DNA of 63,155 nt, counting the filler, from Asterionella formosa (lineage: Eukaryota), in NCBI GenBank assembly GCA_002256025.1. It is 16 parts of 16 records of this genome, joined end to end, with 100 filler letters (N's around TTAATTAATTAA, not from the genome) between each part and the next. Parts side by side here need not be neighbours in the genome. Positions count along the whole stretch, not along the records: positions 44,282 to 46,290 come from NKIB01000642.1; positions 46,391 to 48,399 come from NKIB01000643.1; positions 48,500 to 50,508 come from NKIB01000644.1; positions 50,609 to 52,617 come from NKIB01000645.1; positions 52,718 to 54,725 come from NKIB01000646.1; positions 54,826 to 56,833 come from NKIB01000647.1; 10 more parts are not named here. One strand, written 5' to 3'. The notes below the pieces were generated by a model that did no database searches, had not been told where the DNA came from, and saw nothing but the letters and a program-made list of their open reading frames with translations. The first letter of the stretch is position 1; the number at the start of each line of letters is the position of its first letter. A program made the position numbers and the translations under genes. Shown one piece after another: positions 44,913 through 56,933 of the stretch.

Positions 44913-46950
44913 ATGTACAACTGCTACCGGTACCTTTTACCTTGAACCCGTGAATCTACATACCGGAGTTACGGGGTACTACCGAATTCTACATAGTGAC
45001 GAATCTACCGGTAGCAATTTACCGATGTCCCGTTCCCTGGTAGACAACCGTTGCCGGTATATGCTACCTACAAGTCGCGGTCATTCGGCAAAAAAACAAT
45101 TTAATTGAGGATAAAGATAGCTAAAGTTTTAGATGCAGCACAATTACAGCAACTTGCTGGTACCTGGTTAACTACCGTTACCTATGTGGCTGCTGTGTGC
45201 CAGGTACCTGATACCTCTTGCCCGGTATGCTAGACATTTTCCATTTCTACATCTGTCTCGAAATACGGTACAAACTGTAACCGGTTGACCAGGTACTGGA
45301 GTACCGGTACCTGGAATCAGGTGCGTACTCCTAGTTTACCGGTACTGGTATTCAGCCTATCCTCCAATCAGGTGCATCGATTTGCAGCGACCAACGTAGG
45401 AGGGTACATCCACCCCCTGGACATTCCTGTCGTTGCTGTTTTCATAACCATACTAGACCCGGTAAGCACGAAAACCTGACGACGATTTGTTGATAATGCT
45501 TGATTACGTCATGTCACGATTCAATCTTAAATTCAGAACATATTTTTCCTGCTGGGATGATACCGGTAGTTTCTCTTTGAGTCTTGTGCTTGCTTCCTGA
45601 ACTTTGAGACCAGGTACAAGGTAAAGCCATGGTACGCTCCGAACACAATTTAATGGAAATACCGGTAACAGTACAGCGAATTACTTCCTGTATGTATGGT
45701 TCAGGAAGAAGCACAAAACCTCCCGACATTCGAGGTCAATATTTTTAGTACATACGTCCTTATCATATCAGAAATATTGCTCAGCCTAATAATGGTACAT
45801 GGTACCAGGTACCACCAAGTACCGTACCCGGAGCAATACAAAAAGATTTACCGAGTGAAGACAACGGAATATTATGGCTACGGTACTATGCTTTAGTTAG
45901 TCTGTATGGATGTATGGCTGTCATCAGCTCCGTACACTTATGTATTTCTTACTCAAATGAAAATGTGAGTTCGTGTTCTGCAAAGGCAGGAAAAGTGCCG
46001 GCGTCATGCTTCTTCCGCCATTTTATGTGTTTTTTTTCAAGTGTTTCTGCTATGATCCACATTCACCATTCTTTCCTAATAGCAAAGTGTGACGTGCATT
46101 CTTTGAGTTGACGGCATTCCGAAACAACTCACTGTTGCTCTCACACTTTCACAATTACTCAAACATCACACGCAACAGTTAGGCCAGCCATTATAATGAG
46201 CAGCGATAAAGACGAAAGCTGCTTGTCTCTGTATGGGCCATATCCATTGGCCATTCCGATTCCCTACGTAAGCAAGGACGAAGCCCCAGGNNNNNNNNNN
46301 NNNNNNNNNNNNNNNNNNNNNNNNNNNNNNNNNNTTAATTAATTAANNNNNNNNNNNNNNNNNNNNNNNNNNNNNNNNNNNNNNNNNNNNCCTGGTACTA
46401 TGCCAAAAAACCGCCCTGTACTCATACTGGTACCTGGTACCAGGTACCAGGTACATACGCAGCACTCCGGAATGATAATGATTTTATACTCTGCATCAAT
46501 CACGAACATCTCAACTTTTCATTTCCTACTTTCATCATGTACCGGTATTCACTTGGTACCGGTAGCTATTTATATTGCTAAAAAATAAATCTGTTCTCGG
46601 AGTACCGGCATGGATGTACCGGTACACACGGTACGAGGTACCCGTTACATTGCTTGTTATCCGGTATATCCATCAGTCATCATCGTCTGGTGTACCAGGT
46701 ACCTGGTACCTGGTACCAGATACCGCCATATATGTATGGTCCGAAATCTTTTGGTACGGAGTGCCCTCCCAGTAGATGATGACCCATTTACTAAAGGCTA
46801 ACATTCGCCGTTCTGCAATCCATTAGGTTGGACTGCAGAATATTCATATGCACTGAAACAAACTTCATCAGTTTTAATGACCAATCGAGTCGACCAATAG
46901 AAATCATATCCTTGGGACTTCCACTTCTACTGACCCAATCCTCGGAAATA

Positions 46951-48071
46951 ATGAAAACCAGCCTCGCTGCCGCTTTTGAGCTCTCGTTTCTCCTCGGCAT
47001 TGTAGCTCCATCAATAATTCATGGCTTCTGCATATTACCAAGACTTGCAATCCAAACAAGACAATCGCCTCGGGACACTACTGAACTTGCGTCTAGTGCT
47101 CGCAATCAAGGCAACGAAGAGTCAACAACAAGCAGTTCGCATCGCCGAGAATTTCTATCCTTTTTGTCAGTGGCAACGTCGATGAGTCTTGCTGCTTCAG
47201 CAGTTGCAACCGACGACATACCTGTGTCATTTGAAGCAGCATCCATGCAAATTACTGGTGACCTTCTTGAAACCAGAGTATCAGAAAATGTCCTGTCTCC
47301 TCCACCTTACGGCATGGAAGGCCCAGATGTCTATTACCCGCCGTAAGTAGTAGGAAAATGTGGTGGTGGACATTTTCCTTTCACTTTTTTACCAAACTAT
47401 GTTCCATTTAATTGTACTTACTACATAGGTGGCTTGCTGGAACGTGGAATGTTGAGTCTGTCTTGGTAGACGTATTGGCTCCTTGTGGAATACAGCTATT
47501 TGGGGGAAATGTCACCATGGCAGCAGCAAAAAAGGAAATAGGTCCATCCGCAGCCTTACTGTACGAGGCTCGTTTTATCCCCACATCGAATGCACGTGCC
47601 ATTGCCGACCGTGAATACAATGTCAAATCGATTGCCAAGGTGGCGCTAGGACCAAACTCGGTTGTTGACGTTTCATTGGCGACGCCAAACAAATTTTCAT
47701 GCTTACTCTCTCCACAAGGGTCGCCCACTATGTTGACAGTCGATTTGATTGTCCTGAACCGACTAGAGGAAAATGTGGATGAAACTCACTTTGATTGTGC
47801 TGAAGTTGTTCGAGAAATTGTTTCACCGGTTGGAAACGGATCGCAAAGGCAAAGGTCCCCATTGCTCAAAGAGATTGAGACGTGTTCTCTTTATTCCGCA
47901 GTTGTTCCTAAGGATGGTGGACCAGTCATTGAGGTTAAATGCCGACAAAGATCAGCTTCCTTTCTGCTACCAAGTCAACAAGATCCTATTGCGATGAAGA
48001 TGTTTGAATATAGTCGAGGCAGACCTATCGATGTTCGGTTCTATGATGTTGTCTATAAAAAGCGCCAGTAA
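46951..48071 (+). CDS. Conserved plastid protein of unknown function (DUF6816-like); exons 46951-47342 and 47429-48071
   Basis: The 86-nt GTAAGT...ATAG intron gives DVYYPPWLAGTW. Also ADREYNV, a signal peptide ending IHG-F, and RREFL...hydrophobic...AVA. Confidence 0.8.
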
Positions 48072-48499
48072 ACAATCATGATGGTATGAATTAAATTTTA
48101 TATGTAGTACACCAGAAGCCTTCATTCTCATTACGTATAATGGTGAGATCGACCTAATGGCACATATTTCATGTAGAGTGTGTAAATAAAAATACTGGGA
48201 GTACCAGGTTCTATATCAAGTCAAGATAATTAATCGACATTGTCATACATAAAATTATATTTAATTTCAAGGACTCAACAAATTGTGGAGGTAGTGAATG
48301 TCATGCTGTGGCCCAGAAGGCCTTAAATCTGCCTTTTGTCAGCCTCACCCCCAAAATCCTAAGGAAAAATTGAACTAGACAGGTGGAGAATGATACAGGN
48401 NNNNNNNNNNNNNNNNNNNNNNNNNNNNNNNNNNNNNNNNNNNTTAATTAATTAANNNNNNNNNNNNNNNNNNNNNNNNNNNNNNNNNNNNNNNNNNNN

Positions 48500-50508
48500 C
48501 CGAGGACCACAATGCGAGATTTGGCACGGACTGGGTGACCAAGTTCATCACATTTGATGGTGAGAACAGTCATGGAGGGAATGACGGTGCACCCAAGGAG
48601 TGATAACTGAGAGGCATCAATTAAATGAAAGGTATCCTGGGCGACTAAAGAGTCGTATTCCTCCTGATAAGAGGCCAGCCATGTGAGACGATCAGGGGAA
48701 GTGGGGAGGAGGGCACGGTCAAGGGAAGAGGGACATTTATGAAGGAGGGAGGAGGCAGACACATGTTGACCATTCCCAAGGAGCACAACAGGGGGTCCGG
48801 AGGGGGGAACAGAGTTCCAGCCAGTGAACAGGGTCTCTTCATGGAGGCGTTGACGCCAGGTGTAAGGGAGATCAACTAAGCTAGTCTGGTGGATGATTTG
48901 GCCAGCAGAATTGCGGCGGACAAAGAGCCAGTCAAGGTCATCATCAAGATCCAAGGAACCGCGGACAAAGGTACCATCAAGGGCAAGGATCAGTTTGGTA
49001 CCAACAACCATCCAAGGAGGGAGGAGGGGGGCAAGGGGATCCCCACTGGAATCATCGCGAGGAAGGTGGGAAAAATCAGGATTAAGAGCCTCATCAGGGG
49101 AGATAAGGTCGCCAAATGCGGCAGAAAGAGAGGCCCCCTCAAGGAGGTCAATGAGATAAAAATCATGTAGGGAGGTGGGGACAGAATTGACAATACCCTC
49201 AGAGACGTCACCAGCAGAATTGAGGCGGACAAAGACAACACTACCAGGAGGGTAGGCTTCGGAGGCAGAGGTGGTAGGCTTGGTGTACAGGCGCAGGTGG
49301 AGGCCACCATCATACACAATAGTAGGAAAAGGGTCTGCAATAGCACGAGTGGAATCAAGAGTGTAATCAGCAGACACACAGAAGCGGGACAAGGTTGGAT
49401 TCCAGAACAGCATGCCATTGGCAGTGTCAGCACGACCAAGTGCAATGCCTGTGAAGCTTTGACTCTCAAAGTGAGTGCGTGCACCCCGAAGGCCATCGCG
49501 AGGACGCCTATAGTAGCCAATGCAGCCAAAGGGGAAGAGGGTACGAAGGTCCGGTTTCACCCCATAGAAGAGTTCGAATGGAGTGGTGTAGGTCTTGGAA
49601 GACCCAAGGAGGCAGGGGACCATATTCATCCGAAGGGCAGCCTCACGGACAGCCCAAAACCAGAAGCGTTTGGGGAGACTGGCCTCAGCAAGGAATGAGC
49701 GAGCCATGGAGGTGGCAACACGCCAGTGGGATTCAACCAAACCATTCTGAGATTGACGGTAAGGGGGAGCAGCATTGACACGGATACCCTTCGACAGGAG
49801 CAGCTTATTGGTGGGCCCCCCCAGAAACTTTTGATCAAAGTCACATTGGAGGACACGGGGAAAACTGCCTGTATCAACAAAAAATCGCCAGAATGCATCA
49901 GAGATAGAGGAGCTAGTGAGGTCCTTAAGGCCATAACACCAGGTCTTGCGACTGAATTGGTCAACCAGGAGAAGGCAGTAGCGGTAACCACCAGGGCTGA
50001 TGCCATCACCATAGCCAATATCAACACCAACACGCTGGAGGATGGAGGAAGGGCGAGGGAGGGGTAAGCCAGAGGGACCACGCTTCATGTTGACAACGTC
50101 GCCAACCGAGATGGGAGGCTCGAAATGTTCCGACAGGCAAATGCCATTGGCCACTTTGGTAAAGATGGAATAATTACGAAATTTGCGGTTGCCAAAATGT
50201 TTGTGGAGATCATGGGAGGAAAAACGGCGAACCTGGGCACCAAAAGACTCAGGGCGTTCACAAGTCATAATTGGAGGGGCAGGGGCAGCAGAAGGATCCA
50301 GGGGCAGGATAATCTTGGATGATTCTGAGGAGGGGAGCCGGAGAAGGGAGGGGTCCGAGGCGGGGTGTGAAGGAGGAACAACCCGATGGACAGGCCATGT
50401 GTGGTGGTGAAGGGCTGCACGTTTGAGTGCAAACCGAGCAATGGAGGGGGGATCGGAAAGGACTAGAACCGATGGGGACAAGGTATCATCAAAGGAGAAA
50501 GAGGAGGC
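48500..50508 (-). mobile_element. Ty1/copia (CoDi-type) pol segment, intact frame
   Basis: Open frame with DD(35)E integrase and RT N-terminus. Near-identical to 37953-39962. Confidence 0.93.
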
Positions 50509-50608
50509 NNNNNNNNNNNNNNNNNNNNNNNNNNNNNNNNNNNNNNNNNNNNTTAATTAATTAANNNNNNNNNNNNNNNNNNNNNNNNNNNNNNNNNNNN
50601 NNNNNNNN

Positions 50609-52617
50609 GCCTCCTCTTTCTCCTTTGATGATACCTTGTCCCCATCGGTTCTAGTCCTTTCCGATCCCCCCTCCATTGCTCGGTTTGCACTCAAACGTGC
50701 AGCCCTTCACCACCACACATGGCCTGTCCAGCGGGTTGTTCCTCCTTCACACCCCGCCTCGGACCCCTCCCTTCTCCGGCTCCCCTCCTCAGAATCATCC
50801 AAGATTATCCTGCCCCTGGATCCTTCTGCTGCCCCTGCCCCTCCAATTATGACTTGTGAACGCCCTGAGTCTTTTGGTGCCCAGGTTCGCCGTTTTTCCT
50901 CCCATGATCTCCACAAACATTTTGGCAACCGCAAATTTCGTAATTATTCCATCTTTACCAAAGTGGCCAATGGCATTTGCCTGTCGGAACATTTCGAGCC
51001 TCCCATCTCGGTTGGCGACGTTGTCAACATGAAGCGTGGTCCCTCTGGCTTACCCCTCCCTCGCCCTTCCTCCATCCTCCAGCGTGTTGGTGTTGATATT
51101 GGCTATGGTGATGGCATCAGCCCTGGTGGTTACCGCTACTGCCTTCTCCTGGTTGACCAATTCAGTCGCAAGACCTGGTGTTATGGCCTTAAGGACCTCA
51201 CTAGCTCCTCTATCTCTGATGCATTCTGGCGATTTTTTGTTGATACAGGCAGTTTTCCCCGTGTCCTCCAATGTGACTTTGATCAAAAGTTTCTGGGGGG
51301 GCCCACCAATAAGCTGCTCCTGTCGAAGGGTATCCGTGTCAATGCTGCCCCCCCTTACCGTCAATCTCAGAATGGTTTGGTTGAATCCCACTGGCGTGTT
51401 GCCACCTCCATGGCTCGCTCATTCCTTGCTGAGGCCAGTCTCCCCAAACGCTTCTGGTTTTGGGCTGTCCGTGAGGCTGCCCTTCGGATGAATATGGTCC
51501 CCTGCCTCCTTGGGTCTTCCAAGACCTACACCACTCCATTCGAACTCTTCTATGGGGTGAAACCGGACCTTCGTACCCTCTTCCCCTTTGGCTGCATTGG
51601 CTACTATAGGCGTCCTCGCGATGGCCTTCGGGGTGCACGCACTCACTTTGAGAGTCAAAGCTTCACAGGCATTGCACTTGGTCGTGCTGACACCGCCAAT
51701 GGCATGCTGTTCTGGAATCCAACCTTGTCCCGCTTCTGTGTGTCTGCTGATTACACTCTTGATTCCACTCGTGCTATTGCAGACCCTTTTCCTACTATTG
51801 TGTATGATGGTGGCCTCCACCTGCGCCTGTACACCAATCCTACCACCTCTGCCTCCGAAGCCTACCCTCCTGGTAGTGTTGTCTTTGTCCGCCTCAATTC
51901 TGCTGGTGACGTCTCTGAGGGTATTGTCAATTCTGTCCCCACCTCCCTACATGATTTTTATCTCATTGACCTCCTTGAGGGGGCCTCTCTTTCTGCCGCA
52001 TTTGGCGACCTTATCTCCCCTGATGAGGCTCTTAATCCTGATTTTTCCCACCTTCCTCGCGATGATTCCAGTGGGGATCCCCTTGCCCCCCTCCTCCCTC
52101 CTTGGATGGTTGTTGGTACCAAACTGATCCTTGCCCTTGATGGTACCTTTGTCCGCGGTTCCTTGGATCTTGATGATGACCTTGACTGGCTCTTTGTCCG
52201 CCGCAATTCTGCTGGCCAAATCATCCACCAGACTAGCTTAGTTGATCTCCCTTACACCTGGCGTCAACGCCTCCATGAAGAGACCCTGTTCACTGGCTGG
52301 AACTCTGTTCCCCCCTCCGGACCCCCTGTTGTGCTCCTTGGGAATGGTCAACATGTGTCTGCCTCCTCCCTCCTTCATAAATGTCCCTCTTCCCTTGACC
52401 GTGCCCTCCTCCCCACTTCCCCTGATCGTCTCACATGGCTGGCCTCTTATCAGGAGGAATACGACTCTTTAGTCGCCCAGGATACCTTTCATTTAATTGA
52501 TGCCTCTCAGTTATCACTCCTTGGGTGCACCGTCATTCCCTCCATGACTGTTCTCACCATCAAATGTGATGAACTTGGTCACCCAGTCCGTGCCAAATCT
52601 CGCATTGTGGTCCTCGG
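50609..52617 (+). mobile_element. Ty1/copia (CoDi-type) pol segment, intact frame, opposite orientation
   Basis: Reverse complement of 48500-50508 with a few SNPs (H/Q and K/N at protein level). Confidence 0.93.
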
Positions 52618-52717
52618 NNNNNNNNNNNNNNNNNNNNNNNNNNNNNNNNNNNNNNNNNNNNTTAATTAATTAANNNNNNNNNNNNNNNNNNNNNNNNNNN
52701 NNNNNNNNNNNNNNNNN

Positions 52718-53870
52718 CCTCGCTAAATATATCCGACGACCCTCCGGAAAATTGGGAAACTATCTTTCACGAGTCCCGGTTTGAGACCAAATTTGACGAA
52801 CACACAAACTTCACACTTGCTGATGAGTGGCTAGAACCAGATGAAATTTCCTGTCGCCGGCTCCTACTAAAAGATTCTAAGATCTTTCCCCATTTGAACC
52901 TACCTCCTGATGAACTACCAAATCAGAGAGAGTCCGAATTTGTTTCTCTTCCTTTTGTTCCTCCTCCTGTTCCCATCATAATTCCAGCTACGCCGCCACC
53001 ACCAAACATCCCTTCTCCCCGCCGCAGTACTCGTTCTACACGCAGAATCAGGCCCACTCGTTTTGTACCAGGAGGATACCTTTCCAATGCATTCTTTGCT
53101 GGTCTTGTTGAATGTTGTGAAGTCAGTGCGTCTGATTCTGCAATGGCCTATATGCGTGCTGTAATGACCGACCCTGTCACTGGACTTCTTGAGTGTTCTG
53201 ATACTCTTATCTACGCCGCCATGGCACGTAAAATGGACCCTGATAATCCTCGCTACCACGAGGCTATGGCTCACATGAAGTGGCTCTTAAGAAAATTTGC
53301 CGTTATTTGTGTGATACTTTAAATGAGGGTATCATTTTTACACCTACATCGGAGTTTAAAATCGACAGTTTTGTCGATAGTGACTTTGCTGGTCTTTTTG
53401 GAACCGAAAACTCGAATGATCCCGTTTGCGCCAAATCCCGCACTGGCTATGTCATTACTCTTGCTGGCTGTGCCGTTTTATGGGTTTCTAAACTACAAAC
53501 CACAATCGCCCTTTCTACCATGAAGGCTGAATACCAGGCGCTCTCCACTAGCTGCCGTGACCTCATTCCCCTTCGCCACATCATTACTGAGGCTTCCACT
53601 GCACTTCACATGGCCGGCCCTCTTGCTGTTACTTCTTACTCTACCATTTATGAAGACAACAGTGCATGTCTTTCCCAGGCCAATCTTCCAAAAATGACTC
53701 CCCGTACCAAGCACATTGCTGTTTCTTACCATTGGTTCCGTGAATACGTCCTATCTGGCATGCTACACATCCTAAAAATTGACACTGCAGTCAACCCCGC
53801 CGACATTTTTACCAAAGGTCTTGTTGCTGAGAAATTTACAGCTATTCGCAAACTCGTCTGTGGTTGGTGA
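52718..53870 (+). mobile_element. Second copia family: IN-RT linker joined directly to RNase H (RT deleted)
   Basis: RRSTR and DPDNPRYHEAM linker motifs abut HEVALKKICRYL. Ty1 RNase H motifs FVDSDFAG, SRTGYVI, AEYQALS, EDNSAC, RTKHI and NPADIFTKGL. Confidence 0.9.
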
Positions 53871-53893
53871 CATTTTGCCTCCCTTGCTCAGCT

Positions 53894-54324
53894 GAGAGGG
53901 AGACTTAAATACCAACTAATAGTACCTCTCTGACCATCGTGGATACTACTCCACAACTCCTACTACTAACTTCCTGTCTCTTAACAGTCCTGCCAGGACT
54001 GTTGTTTCTCCTCTATTACTATTTTCTTGTCCCACAACAGTCCTGTCCATTGTGGTTCTTACTCCCCTATTAACAAGTTCCGGTCCCACAACAGTCATGT
54101 CCATCGTGGTAACTCCACTATTAATAATTTCCTGTCTCTCCAACTTGACTGTTGTCAACTGGCGACAACTCCTAGCTTCTACTTTTATCATTTAACATTT
54201 AGCTCACTTTATTCCGAAACATAGAGTCTACAAGCCTTCATTTAAGTTACTATTCTTCAATTATCTACAGTTTCCATAACACTTTCAAGTCACTGGTGCT
54301 AGTCATCCACAGCTTCGCATTTAA
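53894..54324 (+). mobile_element. Polypurine tract and probable 3' LTR of the copia element
   Basis: GAGAGGGAGA (53894-53903) just after the stop codon, then TTAAAT. Candidate ends ATTTAA at 54245 or 54324. Internal ~52-bp tandem repeats at 53983-54137. Confidence 0.5.
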
Positions 54325-54983
54325 ATAATTACATTTACTAGCATGCATGATTTTTTACATTTGCTACATTCATTGCCTGTGTTCACTTCATTTCCGGCAT
54401 GTTGACAGTATAGAATGGAAATACCGGTACCCATAAAATGCGATAGAGTCGTATTCCCAGTTTAATTTTTTACGACTACTGTACGTTCCTGGTATCGTAC
54501 ACGATTCGCATGCGTCGGCATCAAGTTTCGAACATTACGTATGTAACTATACCAGGTGGTACTAAGGACCTGGTGGTACCTGGTACAACTCCTCTATTTA
54601 TATTATTACTTATGATGTGGGAATCAATCTCAGGTTCTTATTACCGTATGTAGTCTCCTCTGGATTGTTCGAAACCTCGTCGGCGCAGTTATGGGATGCA
54701 TTCTTTTCAGTTGTCATTTTGTTTTNNNNNNNNNNNNNNNNNNNNNNNNNNNNNNNNNNNNNNNNNNNNTTAATTAATTAANNNNNNNNNNNNNNNNNNN
54801 NNNNNNNNNNNNNNNNNNNNNNNNNTCACCACAGGGGCAGTACATTTCATTATCAATGATTGCCCCCTCGTGCCTCCTTCCAAAACAGTACTTTCGAGTA
54901 GCACATCCTTTGCCAGGGATAAAAAATACTCAAAACACACCAGCAGGACATTAAATCAACAATATAATTGCATTTCTGTGTGA

Positions 54984-56472
54984 GGCCATTGCTATCGGTG
55001 GACCAAAACGCAAACCAAACAGTGTTTTGGTTTCGCTAACCCTAAAAAACGATGCTAACGGGAGTGAAAAACCCAACGCAAACGCATTAAATTTAGGGGA
55101 TTCCGTGCCCATATCCCAATAAGTTACCCAAATGCATTACGTTTAGGTTTTTTTTCTCCCAAAGTTACCTAAACGGAGGATTCCATATTGACTACTTTGA
55201 ATGTAGTCACTAGAAACCCAATTATTATCATTGTCAAGAACAACAAGCAACAACAACAAATCATCTCGGATTTCACCACAATCAACATGTCATCAAACCC
55301 ACATTTCACCAACATGGCACACATATGTACCATATCAACGATATTGTGGAACTTGTCCAACCAACTTGCCAAGATCATCTACTCCAAGGCAAGTGCCCTA
55401 TGTTCCATGGTTTTACTCCATCTGCCTGGCGTACCAAGGTTTTACTCCATCTGCCTGGCGTACCAAGGTTTGATATTCAATTGCTACTTTTTATATAGAA
55501 ACTTCCTTTATTTAAACTCCTTCCATTTGCACTTCGTACTTGTAACTGTATCGGGCGTCATCACTTATCAAGAAACCAACTCAATCCACCAGATAATCAA
55601 TTTGCTTGTCATCACAGTCCGCAGGTCCTGTCCAGCCGCTTGTAGCTACTACCTGTTGTCGCTCGCTTCTTGGAATGCAACAGCTCCACGTCATATGACT
55701 CAATCCAGACTTCAAACACATTATCTTCCTCTCTTGCATGAGTTATCACGCGGGTCTCAACGAACACTTGCTTCCCAAACTTTCCTGTCAGCGCTAGAGT
55801 AATCTTTTCTGCGATCTCCAGATCGGAATCGTCACCGGTACAAGCCACAACGATATGGCCACGAAACTGCTCTTCGAACTCCGGATCATGATCGTAGTCA
55901 CACTTAATTTCCTTGCCAAGCATCTCTCTGTAATCCCTTTAGTCTTCTGACAACTCATCGTCTTCTCCAATTCCATTTTCACGATCCATTTCCATATTCC
56001 AGCGGCGAACATCCTCCAATGCATCTTGAATCAATGGTTTGTCTGGATGAAGCGGCATTTCAAAGCTATTTGAAAAGACACATCTTCATCTTTGATATCA
56101 TCGTCGTCAAAGTCCACCCATGGCTGCTCTTCCGACAGAGAATCCGCGTTCTTCTCTAGGCATGTCGTTGATCATGTAATCAATGGGATCAAAGTTGTTG
56201 ACAACAAGACAGCAGCATCGCTCAAATTGCGGGAAAAACTAACTAATTCTCAAATAGGAATAATAATATTTCATTTATAAAAGTAGTCTAATAGAAATAT
56301 TTTACTTTTTTTATAATGGTTTTGTCATCCTACGTCACAGTAGATGGGTGGTTGACAGCATTTAGGATTTCCCAAAAACCGATAGCATCGTTTTTTCGTC
56401 AGTTGACCAAAACCAAAACCAATCCAAAAAAAGTTTTTGGGTTTTGGTTTGGGTCAACGGTTAGCAACGGCC
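54984..56472. mobile_element. Non-autonomous PIF/Harbinger-like element
   Basis: TIR GGCCATTGCTATCGGTGGACC versus GGCCGTTGCTAACCGTTGACC, with AAAAAACGATGCTA at both ends and TGA on both flanks. Internal decayed acidic ORF and a 29-bp duplication at 55409-55466. Confidence 0.7.
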
Positions 56473-56933
56473 TGACTATGTAAAAAAACCTCACCGCCAA
56501 GCAAACAGCAATTATTATTTGTTCTGCCTTGCTCATGTGCTGACCACAACCAGCTGCCAGCTTTCCCTGCTGTCCACATCCCCCAAACAAAGCACTTGAT
56601 TGATGTATATATATCTACACCATAGTCATCATGATGGCAGAGCTAAAAAATATTTATGCAAAGATCCCTAATTGATTTACTCACTACTACTATCAAAATA
56701 GTCCGGTGTGAAATGCACATGTTGTCAATCACTAGCCTGCTGCTGTCGCTATTTTAGATCTCTGATACATGCAAGTGAAAAAGTATTTTAAATCTTGAGA
56801 ATGGGGTAGCTTTGGTGTGAATTAAGTAGCTGTNNNNNNNNNNNNNNNNNNNNNNNNNNNNNNNNNNNNNNNNNNNNTTAATTAATTAANNNNNNNNNNN
56901 NNNNNNNNNNNNNNNNNNNNNNNNNNNNNNNNN

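Noticed and set aside
48500..52617. Apparent 2-kb inverted repeat (head-to-head copia copies)
   Set aside because: The arms are separate contigs joined by an artificial linker, so their orientation is arbitrary.
55188..55802. 204-aa plus-strand ORF
   Set aside because: TTG start, includes a 29-bp duplication, and is antisense to the decayed ORF inside the Harbinger-like element.
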